A stretch of DNA of 64,000 nt from a virus (lineage: Duplodnaviria > Caudoviricetes): the IMG/VR virus record IMGVR_UViG_3300021399_000099, positions 1-64,000 of that record, one strand, 5' to 3'. The notes below the pieces were generated by a model. The model searched no databases, was not told where the DNA came from, and saw only the letters and a program-made list of their open reading frames with translations. Below are positions 10,223-19,823 of this stretch, piece after piece (position 1 is the stretch's first letter; each line of letters begins with the position of its first letter). The translations under genes were made by a program, and so were the position numbers.

Positions 10223-10501
10223 ATGATTATGAAAAAAAGTTGGAAAGCAACCAGGGGTAATAGGACGTACGACACTGATAGATATTCATCCTATTATGTA
10301 ATGACTGACGATGGCGCTTTTACAAAAGCCGTATGGCCCGAGCTTACGTACGTGGGTTCAGGAGCGTACAATAATTCGCATATCGACCTAATATATAACA
10401 ATGTCCGAAACGAACGTGATAGGGTTTTAGGCGGTCCAGATAACCCCTATCATTTAAGACGTATTACTTTGAATAAAGATAAAGCAATTTTCAAACCGTA
10501 A
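10223..10501 (+). CDS. Hypothetical protein
   Basis: ORF downstream of TTGTTT-N17-TATATT (10178-10206). Confidence 0.75.
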   Translation: MIMKKSWKATRGNRTYDTDRYSSYYVMTDDGAFTKAVWPELTYVGSGAYNNSHIDLIYNNVRNERDRVLGGPDNPYHLRRITLNKDKAIFKP

Positions 10502-10518
10502 AAAATTTTTGATATATA

Positions 10519-11649
10519 ATGATTGATACAAAAGGATTTAAGCAAATAAAACTTGAAGATAAGACCGCAGTTGAAACATTCTGCACCAGTGACGGTCTGT
10601 CCCTCCAGAGCCTTTTCTTCGCCGTATTTAATGAATTCCCAAGTCTTTACACATTTAGGAGCGACGAGGCTCACTCAACGTACTATTTCGATACAAAAGA
10701 AATACTTAGGGAGCTCAAGACCCTATACGGAGAGGAAAACGTTCAGTTGGTTGTCTATACTATGCTGAACTTGCAAACGGCAGAAGAAGAATCCGGACTG
10801 AACGTGTATATAAAGAACAAGGACATTTTTGCGAGGATTGAGAAGTCGCCGAGTGACAGTTATATTCTGTACCGTAACGGAAACGAGACCGAGGTTGAAA
10901 AGCTAACCGAGGAATTTAAGAAGTTCTATAAGAAACCGACATTACCCCCGAACAATGTATATACGGTGGCTTATGAGAACGGTTTCTATCTTAACAAACT
11001 TCCCACCAAGGACTTCTCCGAGCTGGACATTCTCAAGAACTATAATGACGACTTTGCTGCGGAAAACGAAATCATTAAGAAATTCGTCGAAACCGATAAC
11101 GAAAGTGGTCTTATGATACTTCACGGCGACAAGGGAACCGGCAAGAGTACATATATCCGTCACCTTATAAGTGCGAACCCAGAAAAGAAGTTTGTGTATA
11201 TTCCAGCCAATCTTGTGAGTATGTTAAGCCAGCCTAATTTCAGCAGTTTCCTTATGACACTTCAGGGACACGTCATCATACTGGAAGACTGTGAAGAGGC
11301 AATCAAGGACAGAAAAGCTAACGGTACTCCCGCTGCCGTATCACTTCTCCTTAATATGACCGACGGACTTTTGAGTGACGGTCTCGGTCTTAAGTTTATC
11401 TGCACATTTAATGATGATGTGAAAAACATTGACCCTGCATTGCTTCGAAGAGGTCGCCTTGTTTCCAAGTACGAGTTTAAGGCTCTTGACACTGAAAAAG
11501 CTAACGCTCTGCTTGAAAGTCTGTACGGAGAGAAGTTCAGGACCGGAGAATACAAGAACGAACCTACAACCGATAAGCCCCTGTCTCTTGCCGACATATA
11601 TCACTTCTACGAGGCATCTTATGAAAAGGAAAGGAGGAAGATAATATAA
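10519..11649 (+). CDS. AAA+ ATPase
   Basis: Walker A GDKGTGKS, Walker B VIILEDCE and [14 protein letters not shown]; no GAFTGA loop. Confidence 0.9.
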   Translation: MIDTKGFKQIKLEDKTAVETFCTSDGLSLQSLFFAVFNEFPSLYTFRSDEAHSTYYFDTKEILRELKTLYGEENVQLVVYTMLNLQTAEEESGLNVYIKNKDIFARIEKSPSDSYILYRNGNETEVEKLTEEFKKFYKKPTLPPNNVYTVAYENGFYLNKLPTKDFSELDILKNYNDDFAAENEIIKKFVETDNESGLMILHGDKGTGKSTYIRHLISANPEKKFVYIPANLVSMLSQPNFSSFLMTLQGHVIILEDCEEAIKDRKANGTPAAVSLLLNMTDGLLSDGLGLKFICTFNDDVKNIDPALLRRGRLVSKYEFKALDTEKANALLESLYGEKFRTGEYKNEPTTDKPLSLADIYHFYEASYEKERRKII

Positions 11650-11867
11650 TGGCAAAACAGGCACTTATGACTTTCGAGGGTGAAGTCACTGAAACCCTCC
11701 CAAATGTAATGTTCCGTGTGAAACTTGACTGCAACGGTGTGGTTATACTGTGCCAGGCATGCGGAAATATGCGAAGAAACTATATCAAGGTCATCGTCGG
11801 GGACAGAGTAAAGGTTGAAATGTCCCCCTATGACTTGACCAGAGGAAGAATAATAAGTAGATTATAA
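11649..11867 (+). CDS. infA: Translation initiation factor IF-1
   Basis: 72 aa: MAKQ...[17 protein letters not shown]...[28 protein letters not shown]. Confidence 0.95.
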   Translation: MAKQALMTFEGEVTETLPNVMFRVKLDCNGVVILCQACGNMRRNYIKVIVGDRVKVEMSPYDLTRGRIISRL

Positions 11868-11894
11868 ACATAACACATTAAAATACAAAGAATT

Positions 11895-12428
11895 ATGGCA
11901 AAAAGAAATTGGTTTGAAGGTATCGAGAACAGAGTTCCCGCTACCAAGTTTGAGTTCAATCTTCCTGCGTTCAGAGATGGAATGAACCTCGCAAAGACCC
12001 TTTTAAAAGAGCCCTTTGATTTGGAAAATGTCAATGTGCATATCACCCCGTTTGATGATTTTATGGCGGACCTTGAAGGTTTTGGTTTCCAGGACAAGGG
12101 GGACCGCTACGAGATGACAACGGACCTCGGTGGGCAGAAAGGCGATTCCGGTACCCCCGAGGATGCGGTGAAGGTTGAGCTCACCGGCAAGAACAACAGA
12201 ACAGTTGAAATTACCTACGAGCACTCAACCAGTACTGACGAGAACTGCTTCTACAGTCACTCGCAGAAGACCAGCGTTACACTCCCGGCTGATGCTGACG
12301 AGGAAACGGTTAAGGCTTATTTTGACGACAATGACAATGTTGTTGTAACTGTCAAGAAGAAGTCAAAGGAACCCGAAAAGAAGGGACCACGGTCAATTCC
12401 CGTAGGTGTAAGACTCAACGACAAGTAA
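11895..12428 (+). CDS. Small heat-shock protein (Hsp20/alpha-crystallin-like)
   Basis: SVTLPADADEETVKAYF.D..VVVTVKK and a C-terminal RSIPV (I-x-V) motif. Confidence 0.75.
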   Translation: MAKRNWFEGIENRVPATKFEFNLPAFRDGMNLAKTLLKEPFDLENVNVHITPFDDFMADLEGFGFQDKGDRYEMTTDLGGQKGDSGTPEDAVKVELTGKNNRTVEITYEHSTSTDENCFYSHSQKTSVTLPADADEETVKAYFDDNDNVVVTVKKKSKEPEKKGPRSIPVGVRLNDK

Positions 12429-12440
12429 TGTGTTTTATGC

Positions 12441-12469
12441 AACCGCAGGCTTTATGCTTGCGGTTTTTT
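12441..12469 (+). terminator. Intrinsic terminator
   Basis: AACCGCAGGC-TTTAT-GCTTGCGGTT-TTTT. Confidence 0.75.
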
Positions 12470-12495
12470 ATTTTCCATCAGCTATTTATTATAGT

Positions 12496-13881
12496 ATGAA
12501 GAAGTCTTTTAACATAACGAACAAAGATTTGCAGCACATAATAAACGAAGTGTGCCGCAAATTATCATATCTCAATGAAAGTATGGAAGAAGGTGGTGCT
12601 GCAGGTCATATGAGCCACCCGTTTGATGCTGACGAATTTACTTTTGGCGACTATAAACAACTCGTTAATGATTTGTTTAACAGTAAGATTGAACGTTTCA
12701 CAGAAAAACTTGACGGAATGAATATTTTCGCCTCCGTTGATATGTCCGGGAAGGTGCGTTTTGCCAGGAACTCCACAGATTTAAGAAGTGCTGAAGGCGG
12801 AATGGACCCGGCTGGTATGCAGGAAAGGTGGGGAAGCGACGGAAAGGACCCAACCATTCTCGGTGCATACACAAAGGCATACAACTTATTCGGTGATATT
12901 GTCAGCAAGCTTAAAGACCCAGTTGCCTTTTTCAATGGTGAAGGATACCGAATTTACGCAAACTGTGAAGTAATTGCCGGTGTGCATCCAAACGTAATCC
13001 TTTACCCGAAAGATGTGTTGTCATTCCACGGTCTTGCGGCTTTTACTACTGATGGAAAAGCGACAGAAGTTAATCTTCCGGACGAGATTTTTGACAAGAA
13101 AATGGAAATACTGTCAAGGCTGCTTCCAGACGTTAAATCACAATATGGTGAGGCACAGGTTACCCCGGAGGTCGTTATTGACGTAAGGGAAAACAACGAA
13201 AAAACCATTGAATATTTTACCTCACTCATTGACCACATAGAAGAATATGCCGGGGTTGATGACAATACGACCATAATAGATTACCGTGGTAAGTTATTGC
13301 CTGAGTGGATGGCTGATAATGGCTACGGCATATTACTGAATAACAATTTCACCGAGCCGCTAATCCAAAGGTGGGTGTATGGCTTGAAAACCCCAAATCT
13401 CGGTGTAATTAAAAAGACTATCCTAAAAAGCGGATTACCAAACGCACAGGAAATACACGATGCGGTTGTTTCTTTTGAAGGTAAAAACCGAGCCGCCGAC
13501 CCGGTTGCCGTCGCATTGAAGCAAATTATGGAACCGGTTGAGATGTTCTTCTATCGTCTTGGTAATGAGATTATTAGAAGATGCAAGGATTATACGAACC
13601 TTGGGCGTGAAGGGATTGTGCTTGATGAGATATTGAAACAACTTGCTGCAACCAAGGAACTAATAGCGAATTCCGGCGACCTTGAATTACAGAATAAGAT
13701 GACAGATTTATTACGGAAACTGGCTGCACTTGATTTTAATTACAATTCAATGGAAGGCGTGGTATTTAACTATCGCGGGCATACTTTCAAACTGACCGGA
13801 ACGTTCGCCGCATTGAACAGGGCGATAAACTTAAGGATTGACTACGCTAAAAGATATAATAAAGAAAACCAGGCTCAATAA
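12496..13881 (+). CDS. Putative ligase-superfamily nucleotidyltransferase
   Basis: TEKLDG (motif I KxDG) plus EGVV and FKL near the C-terminus; EGGAAGHMSHPFD; shared N-terminal helix motif. Start trimmed to ATG 12496. Confidence 0.55.
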   Translation: MKKSFNITNKDLQHIINEVCRKLSYLNESMEEGGAAGHMSHPFDADEFTFGDYKQLVNDLFNSKIERFTEKLDGMNIFASVDMSGKVRFARNSTDLRSAEGGMDPAGMQERWGSDGKDPTILGAYTKAYNLFGDIVSKLKDPVAFFNGEGYRIYANCEVIAGVHPNVILYPKDVLSFHGLAAFTTDGKATEVNLPDEIFDKKMEILSRLLPDVKSQYGEAQVTPEVVIDVRENNEKTIEYFTSLIDHIEEYAGVDDNTTIIDYRGKLLPEWMADNGYGILLNNNFTEPLIQRWVYGLKTPNLGVIKKTILKSGLPNAQEIHDAVVSFEGKNRAADPVAVALKQIMEPVEMFFYRLGNEIIRRCKDYTNLGREGIVLDEILKQLAATKELIANSGDLELQNKMTDLLRKLAALDFNYNSMEGVVFNYRGHTFKLTGTFAALNRAINLRIDYAKRYNKENQAQ

Positions 13882-13894
13882 CCTGGTTTTATTT

Positions 13895-16342
13895 TTATCC
13901 TTGTTTTGGTATGTAAATCTTATCGGGGTCAAAAAGGTTTTCATAATCATTTACCTCATTCCACCCTCTTTCGTCTCTTTTAAAAACCCTTGTCGCCGGA
14001 ACCCAAGTTCCTCCACTCATTACCGATAAAATCTGTCCGGCAGAAGATAGAACAGTCAAAGTGTGGGCTGTCTGTATATTTGTCAAATGATATATGTAAT
14101 TTACCGTCGTGATTATCTGTCCCTCTTTTTCTGTCTGTACTTCTTTCCTCTCAAGGTTTCCGGTCACATCAGTTCCGTTATCAATAAGAGAAACTGTATC
14201 GGTTGAATTTTCCGGTACAATGGTCAATCGATAACTATCCCCAGGTAAAGCAACCATTTGTCCGTTTGGATAAAGTTTTGCATCAGTGTTTGTATTTGAC
14301 GTTACGAAATAATATGTTACTTCGCCAAAAATGAATATCAATGAATGCGATTGACTGATATTATTTAAATCATATGTATAGTATCCAACGACCGGCTCAA
14401 GTGTTTCTATATTCGTTACCTTAAATTGAAGTGTATCGTTATTTTCACTGGTAGCATCATCTTTAGAATATTTAATATAAATTGAATGCTGCCCGGATTC
14501 AATTTCGTATGTTATCGTTTGGGGGGACGACGTGTTATATGTTGATGTATTACACGCCAATTTATAACTATTATCGGTAATTGTTGCACCGCCAGAACCA
14601 GCTGCATAGTAATCAGTACTTAACGGTATGTCAATATTCCCGAAAACGCCAAAATCATATGATGCTTCAGCATAATTTATAAACTGAATTGTCACAAGAC
14701 ACCTGACGGGTAAATCAAAATCGACTTTGCAAACCGCCGCACTTTTATCCACACCCTTATTTTGTGATATATAATATCCTGTGGTTCCACAATAAGCGAA
14801 CCCATATGAAGCTCCCTGAACGGCTGTTAAAGCTGACGTTGGCGAGTCACCACCGTGGGCAACCAACTGGCTTGTAACATCAACACCATTATCTAATGCA
14901 AGTGTTAATTGCGGGTCGCTTGGTGTAATGGTAATAGTTTCACTGGTCCCACTTTCAACCCTGGTTGTCCCCTTTACCGGGTCTGTTATTGCATTAATTG
15001 ATGAGATTGTGATTGGATAATATGTTTTGTCCGGGTCTTCTTCCGGTGGTACGATGACGTTTTCTGAGACAAGTATCGTATGGTCAGTATCAATATTATT
15101 TACGGCATATTCGTAATAATATGGATTGTTATTATCTTTATAATTGACCGTCCAGGTTATACCCCCAATACGTCCGCCGTAAAAACCAACTGTAAAACGC
15201 AAAACGGCATTATCTAACTCTGTCCTGTCCCAAGTTCCTGGGTTTGAAATTGTCATTATTTGGTTCGAACTAGAGGTAAATTCTTGCTCGGTGGATTTTA
15301 ATACGTTGCCAGAATATAGCCCTATTTTTGCATAATCATAGTTATCGCCGCTTTCTTTTGCACCATAACATTTTACAGAAACAGATGTTATTATTGCGTC
15401 AGCTGGTATTGAACTAAAATCAAAAGTAAAATTAATCCACCCAGTTGCACCAGATATGTTGCTTCCGCTGCCTTTAACATATGTATAACTTCCAACCCCT
15501 GTACCGGTTTCTGTATTGGGATTTGGATTTTCGGCTGTGTATCCTATTGCCCTCTCAAGATGGGAGGTGGTTTGACTCGTTGAAGATGTATAGAACGTCA
15601 CGCCGGTTGTGCTCGTTCCAGTTGTAAAATTAGATTGTGCAACACTTTCTACAACTTTTGGGGGACGCTCTTTAATAACCAATTGGTCGGTAACATCAAC
15701 CCCGTTATCTTCAACAACAATATCTCCAACATTGTCGGTTTCTATTTTTAGAACACCGCTTTCACCCTGGAAAACATCCTGTGAAGACGGTTCGATGGTC
15801 GCCAAAGAGGTTTCACTTGATGCATTAATTTCATATTCAATTCCATCAACAGTGTAATTAACTGTCAATGTTGCCCCATAAAAACGGTTTGCATATGCTC
15901 GGTTGTTTGATGACCTCCTAACCCCAATCCTAAGTGCTATCCCGTCGTTAATATCTTGTGCGGACCACGATGTTCCAGACGTTAAGTTGTATGTTGTTAC
16001 GGTCGTTGATGTGACTGTTGTTTGACTTCCCTTTTCTGTAGAGCCAGCAAACAACTGGAATGAACTGGTTCCAGAACTTGTTGCTGAAGCCCTCGTTCTA
16101 ACCGTACAAGAAACTGAATTAATAGTTGATACACTTGGGACCTCTATTGAATTGAACAAGTAATATGCGTACCCACTACTGGTTGTTGTGGCACTAAATG
16201 TTGCATAATTTGACGTGTTCGCAGACGAATTTATACCGTTTGACGGCGGATATGACGTTCCGGTAGAGACATTAGACGTAATGCCACTGAAAGATGCTAT
16301 ATTAACTGTTACTGCACTTGTATATGAAACTGGCTTACTCAT
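13895..16342 (-). CDS. Large Ser/Thr-rich virion protein with repeated beta-sandwich domains
   Basis: Recurring DNGVDVT.QL / Y.Y.L.NI...H.L units; start trimmed to MSKPVSY. Confidence 0.7.
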   Translation of the reverse strand: MSKPVSYTSAVTVNIASFSGITSNVSTGTSYPPSNGINSSANTSNYATFSATTTSSGYAYYLFNSIEVPSVSTINSVSCTVRTRASATSSGTSSFQLFAGSTEKGSQTTVTSTTVTTYNLTSGTSWSAQDINDGIALRIGVRRSSNNRAYANRFYGATLTVNYTVDGIEYEINASSETSLATIEPSSQDVFQGESGVLKIETDNVGDIVVEDNGVDVTDQLVIKERPPKVVESVAQSNFTTGTSTTGVTFYTSSTSQTTSHLERAIGYTAENPNPNTETGTGVGSYTYVKGSGSNISGATGWINFTFDFSSIPADAIITSVSVKCYGAKESGDNYDYAKIGLYSGNVLKSTEQEFTSSSNQIMTISNPGTWDRTELDNAVLRFTVGFYGGRIGGITWTVNYKDNNNPYYYEYAVNNIDTDHTILVSENVIVPPEEDPDKTYYPITISSINAITDPVKGTTRVESGTSETITITPSDPQLTLALDNGVDVTSQLVAHGGDSPTSALTAVQGASYGFAYCGTTGYYISQNKGVDKSAAVCKVDFDLPVRCLVTIQFINYAEASYDFGVFGNIDIPLSTDYYAAGSGGATITDNSYKLACNTSTYNTSSPQTITYEIESGQHSIYIKYSKDDATSENNDTLQFKVTNIETLEPVVGYYTYDLNNISQSHSLIFIFGEVTYYFVTSNTNTDAKLYPNGQMVALPGDSYRLTIVPENSTDTVSLIDNGTDVTGNLERKEVQTEKEGQIITTVNYIYHLTNIQTAHTLTVLSSAGQILSVMSGGTWVPATRVFKRDERGWNEVNDYENLFDPDKIYIPKQG

Positions 16343-16419
16343 TGACAAACAAAACAATTTTCTATAAATATTTTTCAACAATAAAAATGGCAGGTAGATT
16401 AACCCCCGCCACTATATTA

Positions 16420-17097
16420 TCAGTTTTTTCTTATAAATAGTGTTCCGTCCGTTTTGAGATAAACTGAGTCCGTAAAAATGTTCAGTACATCGGTTTGTTT
16501 TACCCAATTTCCGCTTATCTTTTTATAAACGGCAGAGGCCTCGTTCCAAACGCCATTTTCTTTTGTAGAAACGTCTGAACCACCGGGCGAGTCATCATAT
16601 TCATATGTTACAGTAACGTCTGCACCATAAACGTAGAAATATAAACTATAACTTGCCTGAGAACTATTATTAGACCTTTTTGCGTACCACCTAATTGTGA
16701 AATCTTGTAAGCTTTCCCTGGTAAATCCGCCGGCTCCTAAATCCAAAGTGATTGTTTGGTCTGAAGCTGTCAAGTTAGAACTATATCCTTTTGTATTATC
16801 TCCAATATATCCTCTAACTTGACGAAAACTTAGTCTATTTGCAGTTCCTGAACATTTGCCCTTTGTTCTTGCGACAACAGATGTTATGCTTGCATTTGCC
16901 GGTATGGAAGAAAAGTCAAAAGTGAGATAAAAGAATGTTTCAGCATTAACACCCCTAACAAGATATACAGTTGTATAATTTGTAGAATCAGCGTCATCTA
17001 AAAATCTACTTGGATTAACCAGGTCTTCATAATAAACAGACCTACCACTGTCATAGCCAACCGGCACAAACTTTGTTGTTGCTGTAATTATAGCCAT
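16420..17097 (-). CDS. Virion protein, paralogue of domains in 13895-16342
   Basis: Shares FDFSSIPA.A.ITSV and YGA..TV.Y motifs and a similar C-terminal tail. Confidence 0.75.
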   Translation of the reverse strand: MAIITATTKFVPVGYDSGRSVYYEDLVNPSRFLDDADSTNYTTVYLVRGVNAETFFYLTFDFSSIPANASITSVVARTKGKCSGTANRLSFRQVRGYIGDNTKGYSSNLTASDQTITLDLGAGGFTRESLQDFTIRWYAKRSNNSSQASYSLYFYVYGADVTVTYEYDDSPGGSDVSTKENGVWNEASAVYKKISGNWVKQTDVLNIFTDSVYLKTDGTLFIRKN

Positions 17098-17196
17098 TAT
17101 TCCTTCCTCTTTTATAATAAATAATACGCTTCCTGGTTATTTTCCTTTATTTAGGGATTAAAAACCCAGAAGCGTATAAATCTATTTTATTTTTCT

Positions 17197-19218
17197 TTAT
17201 GATGTCTGTACCCAAATATCACCGTCATTACCTCCTGTAGGTGCTTGTGAAGAATAGGTAATCGTTGAAGGAGTAACCCACGCTGGAACGCCGCCCTGCA
17301 TCATAAGAACCTGCCCGTTTGTACCACCAGTAGGGACGTGTATTGCACTATTGCTTGTGTGTGCCGTTGTCCCCCCTGAAAGATTATTCAAATCGGTTGT
17401 TGTCGCATAATTGGACAGTTTCCTCGTTGTACCATCTGCAACGTCATCCAGTGTCGCTCCAGTAGGCAATGCTCCAACTTCATTTGCTGTATATGATGGT
17501 TTAGACGCGGCTTTAGCCCATTCCGGCACCGTTGGGTCTGTCTCCGTGTAACCGGTAATATAGCCAGCATCGTTAGTGAATGCCGTGTTACTTGTAGGGA
17601 CCGTCGGTATGGTGGGTTTATTGGTTAAATCATCGTACGAGCCGGTTTTTGATACTTTATGTAACGCGATATTTCCTGTCAATGCTTCATTTATTGCGGT
17701 ACTTTGTGCTGTCGTGGCGGTGGTTGTTAATGTACCAGGTGCAGAAGGAATGGTCGGCTTATTTAAGATTACTGCCAATCCTGTTGTTGCATTCCAATCC
17801 GCCTGTACGTTACTTACCTTTGCAGCACCGGCTTCAGCATTACTTCTAATCGTTTCGAGGTCATTGATTGCGTCCTGTTTTCCGTCCCAAGCAGAAGTTT
17901 GTGCCGTTGTGACGTGGATTGCTGTGTTTGCCGTGTGTGCCGTTACGGTGTCGTTTAACGTATTTACTGTGCCGGTTGTCGCATAGTTTGAGAGTTTCCT
18001 TGTTGTACCATCTGCAACGCCATCAAGTGTTGTTCCTGTGGGCAACGCACCAACCTCACTTGCAGTATAGGTAGGTTTGTTTGCAGCTTTAGCCCATTCT
18101 GGTACTGTCGGGTCCGTTTCTGTATATCCCGTAATATAGCCGGCGTCGTTAGTAAATGCGGTATTGCTGGTAGGGACCGTTGGAATAATCGGTTTATTTT
18201 TAATATAAGACCCGTCGGTTGTTGCGGTCGTATTCCAATCGGCTTGCACATTACTAACTTTTGCAGCACCAGCCTCGGCGTTACTTCTAATCGTTTCGAG
18301 GTCACTGATTACATCTTGTTTTCCATCCCAAGCGGCGGTCTGTGCTGTTGTAACGTGGATTTCTGTATTCGCTGTATGTGCCGTAACGGTATTATTCAAC
18401 GTATTTACCGCCTCTATTGTCGCGTAGTTGTCGTGTGTATGTCCGGTACTGGATTTCCCGTCAAGTACTGATTGTAAGCCATTTACTTCGCTAATTGTGT
18501 GGGTATGACCGGTATTTGATTTCTTGCTCAATTCGTCTATTGTTCCGGCAGAAAGGGCATTCACATCATTGTAAGCAGACATACCGGAAGCCGCATTTGT
18601 CCTGATTGTTGCAAGGTCACTTATCGCGTCTTGTTTTCCGTTCCAGGTTGATTTCTCTGTGCTTGTTACGTGGATAGTTGTATCTGCTGTGTGAGCCGTA
18701 ACGGTGTTGTTTAACGTATTCACCGTCTCAGTGGTTGCGTAGTTGGATAGTTTCCTTGTAGTGCCGTCAGCAATATCATCAAGTGTTGTTCCTGTGGGTA
18801 ATGCCCCGACTTCGTTTGCAGTATAAGTGGGTTTTGAAGGTGCCTTAGCCCATTCCGGTACTGTTGGGTCTGTCTCCGTGTAACCTGTAATATAACCAGC
18901 GTCATTTGTAAATGCCGTGTTACTTGTAGGAACCGTTGGGATTGTCGGCTTATTTTTAATATAAGACGCATCAGTTGTTGCGGTTGTGTTCCAGTCGGCT
19001 TGTACGGCGCTCGCCTTGCTGTTCCAAGCGGTCCTTTCTGCTTCCGTGATATGTATGGTTTCATTCGCGGTATGTGCGGTAGTGGCGTCAATATTTGTAG
19101 TAAGCACGGTCTGTATTGTCTTGACCGTGCTCTCTTCCGCGTTTGTGCCATCATATCCACCGACACCTTTGATATAAACATCTCCGTTAAACTCCTGATT
19201 GCCTATTAACTTACTCAT
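17197..19218 (-). CDS. Tail-fibre-like protein with long internal repeats
   Basis: Three copies of KPTIPTVPTSNTAFTNDAGYITGYTETDPTVPEWAKA...LSNYATT, plus AHTA.T.IHVT repeats. Confidence 0.8.
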   Translation of the reverse strand: MSKLIGNQEFNGDVYIKGVGGYDGTNAEESTVKTIQTVLTTNIDATTAHTANETIHITEAERTAWNSKASAVQADWNTTATTDASYIKNKPTIPTVPTSNTAFTNDAGYITGYTETDPTVPEWAKAPSKPTYTANEVGALPTGTTLDDIADGTTRKLSNYATTETVNTLNNTVTAHTADTTIHVTSTEKSTWNGKQDAISDLATIRTNAASGMSAYNDVNALSAGTIDELSKKSNTGHTHTISEVNGLQSVLDGKSSTGHTHDNYATIEAVNTLNNTVTAHTANTEIHVTTAQTAAWDGKQDVISDLETIRSNAEAGAAKVSNVQADWNTTATTDGSYIKNKPIIPTVPTSNTAFTNDAGYITGYTETDPTVPEWAKAANKPTYTASEVGALPTGTTLDGVADGTTRKLSNYATTGTVNTLNDTVTAHTANTAIHVTTAQTSAWDGKQDAINDLETIRSNAEAGAAKVSNVQADWNATTGLAVILNKPTIPSAPGTLTTTATTAQSTAINEALTGNIALHKVSKTGSYDDLTNKPTIPTVPTSNTAFTNDAGYITGYTETDPTVPEWAKAASKPSYTANEVGALPTGATLDDVADGTTRKLSNYATTTDLNNLSGGTTAHTSNSAIHVPTGGTNGQVLMMQGGVPAWVTPSTITYSSQAPTGGNDGDIWVQTS

Positions 19219-19262
19219 TACTTTTATAATTTGTTTTATGTAAATGCTTATTATCCAATCGA

Positions 19263-19805
19263 TTATCTATAACCTTCTATCTTGTATAGATATTTTCCGT
19301 CGGTATTCGCGTCCGTCACAGTTATATCCCAAAGATAATTCTGGACAGCCACCTTGAACTTTGTCTTGGTTGAATCGACGCAGACCACGATATTGTAGAA
19401 ACGGTTTCTGTTGTTCGGCAATAATGTTGTAACGCCACCGACATACATTGTAGATACCCCGCTGCCCTTGGACTTTGCTGCGTCATCAAGGAGTATATCA
19501 ACGAAACAGCCGGCAGCAAAATAGTTGTTATCTGCCATACCGAGATTGGATTGCTTGAAATAACACCTGATAAATCTATATGGAGTTAAATCAAGGTTTT
19601 CCAACTGCCACGTCGTTTCGTTCATAGGTGAGGTGTTTAGCCCCAACAAGCCCGTAGTACCATCAGTTTCATATACGACCACTGGATTGTTGAGTACGGT
19701 GCCCAGGTCATTAACGCCATATGACGGATTACCACCATTGTAACCGCCAATGCCATTAACGTACAAAGCACCCGTTATTTCACTGTTTCCCACTAACTTG
19801 CTCAT
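19263..19805 (-). CDS. Virion / fibre-associated protein
   Basis: N-terminus MSKLVGN...GIGGYNG is homologous to that of 17197-19218. Confidence 0.7.
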   Translation of the reverse strand: MSKLVGNSEITGALYVNGIGGYNGGNPSYGVNDLGTVLNNPVVVYETDGTTGLLGLNTSPMNETTWQLENLDLTPYRFIRCYFKQSNLGMADNNYFAAGCFVDILLDDAAKSKGSGVSTMYVGGVTTLLPNNRNRFYNIVVCVDSTKTKFKVAVQNYLWDITVTDANTDGKYLYKIEGYR

Positions 19806-19823
19806 AATCCACCACCCATTTTA

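Noticed and set aside
10519-11649. AAA+ ATPase as the sigma54 activator
   Set aside because: It lacks the GAFTGA loop and a C-terminal helix-turn-helix, and its motifs fit a classical AAA-clade protein. No bEBP or rpoN gene is visible in this window.
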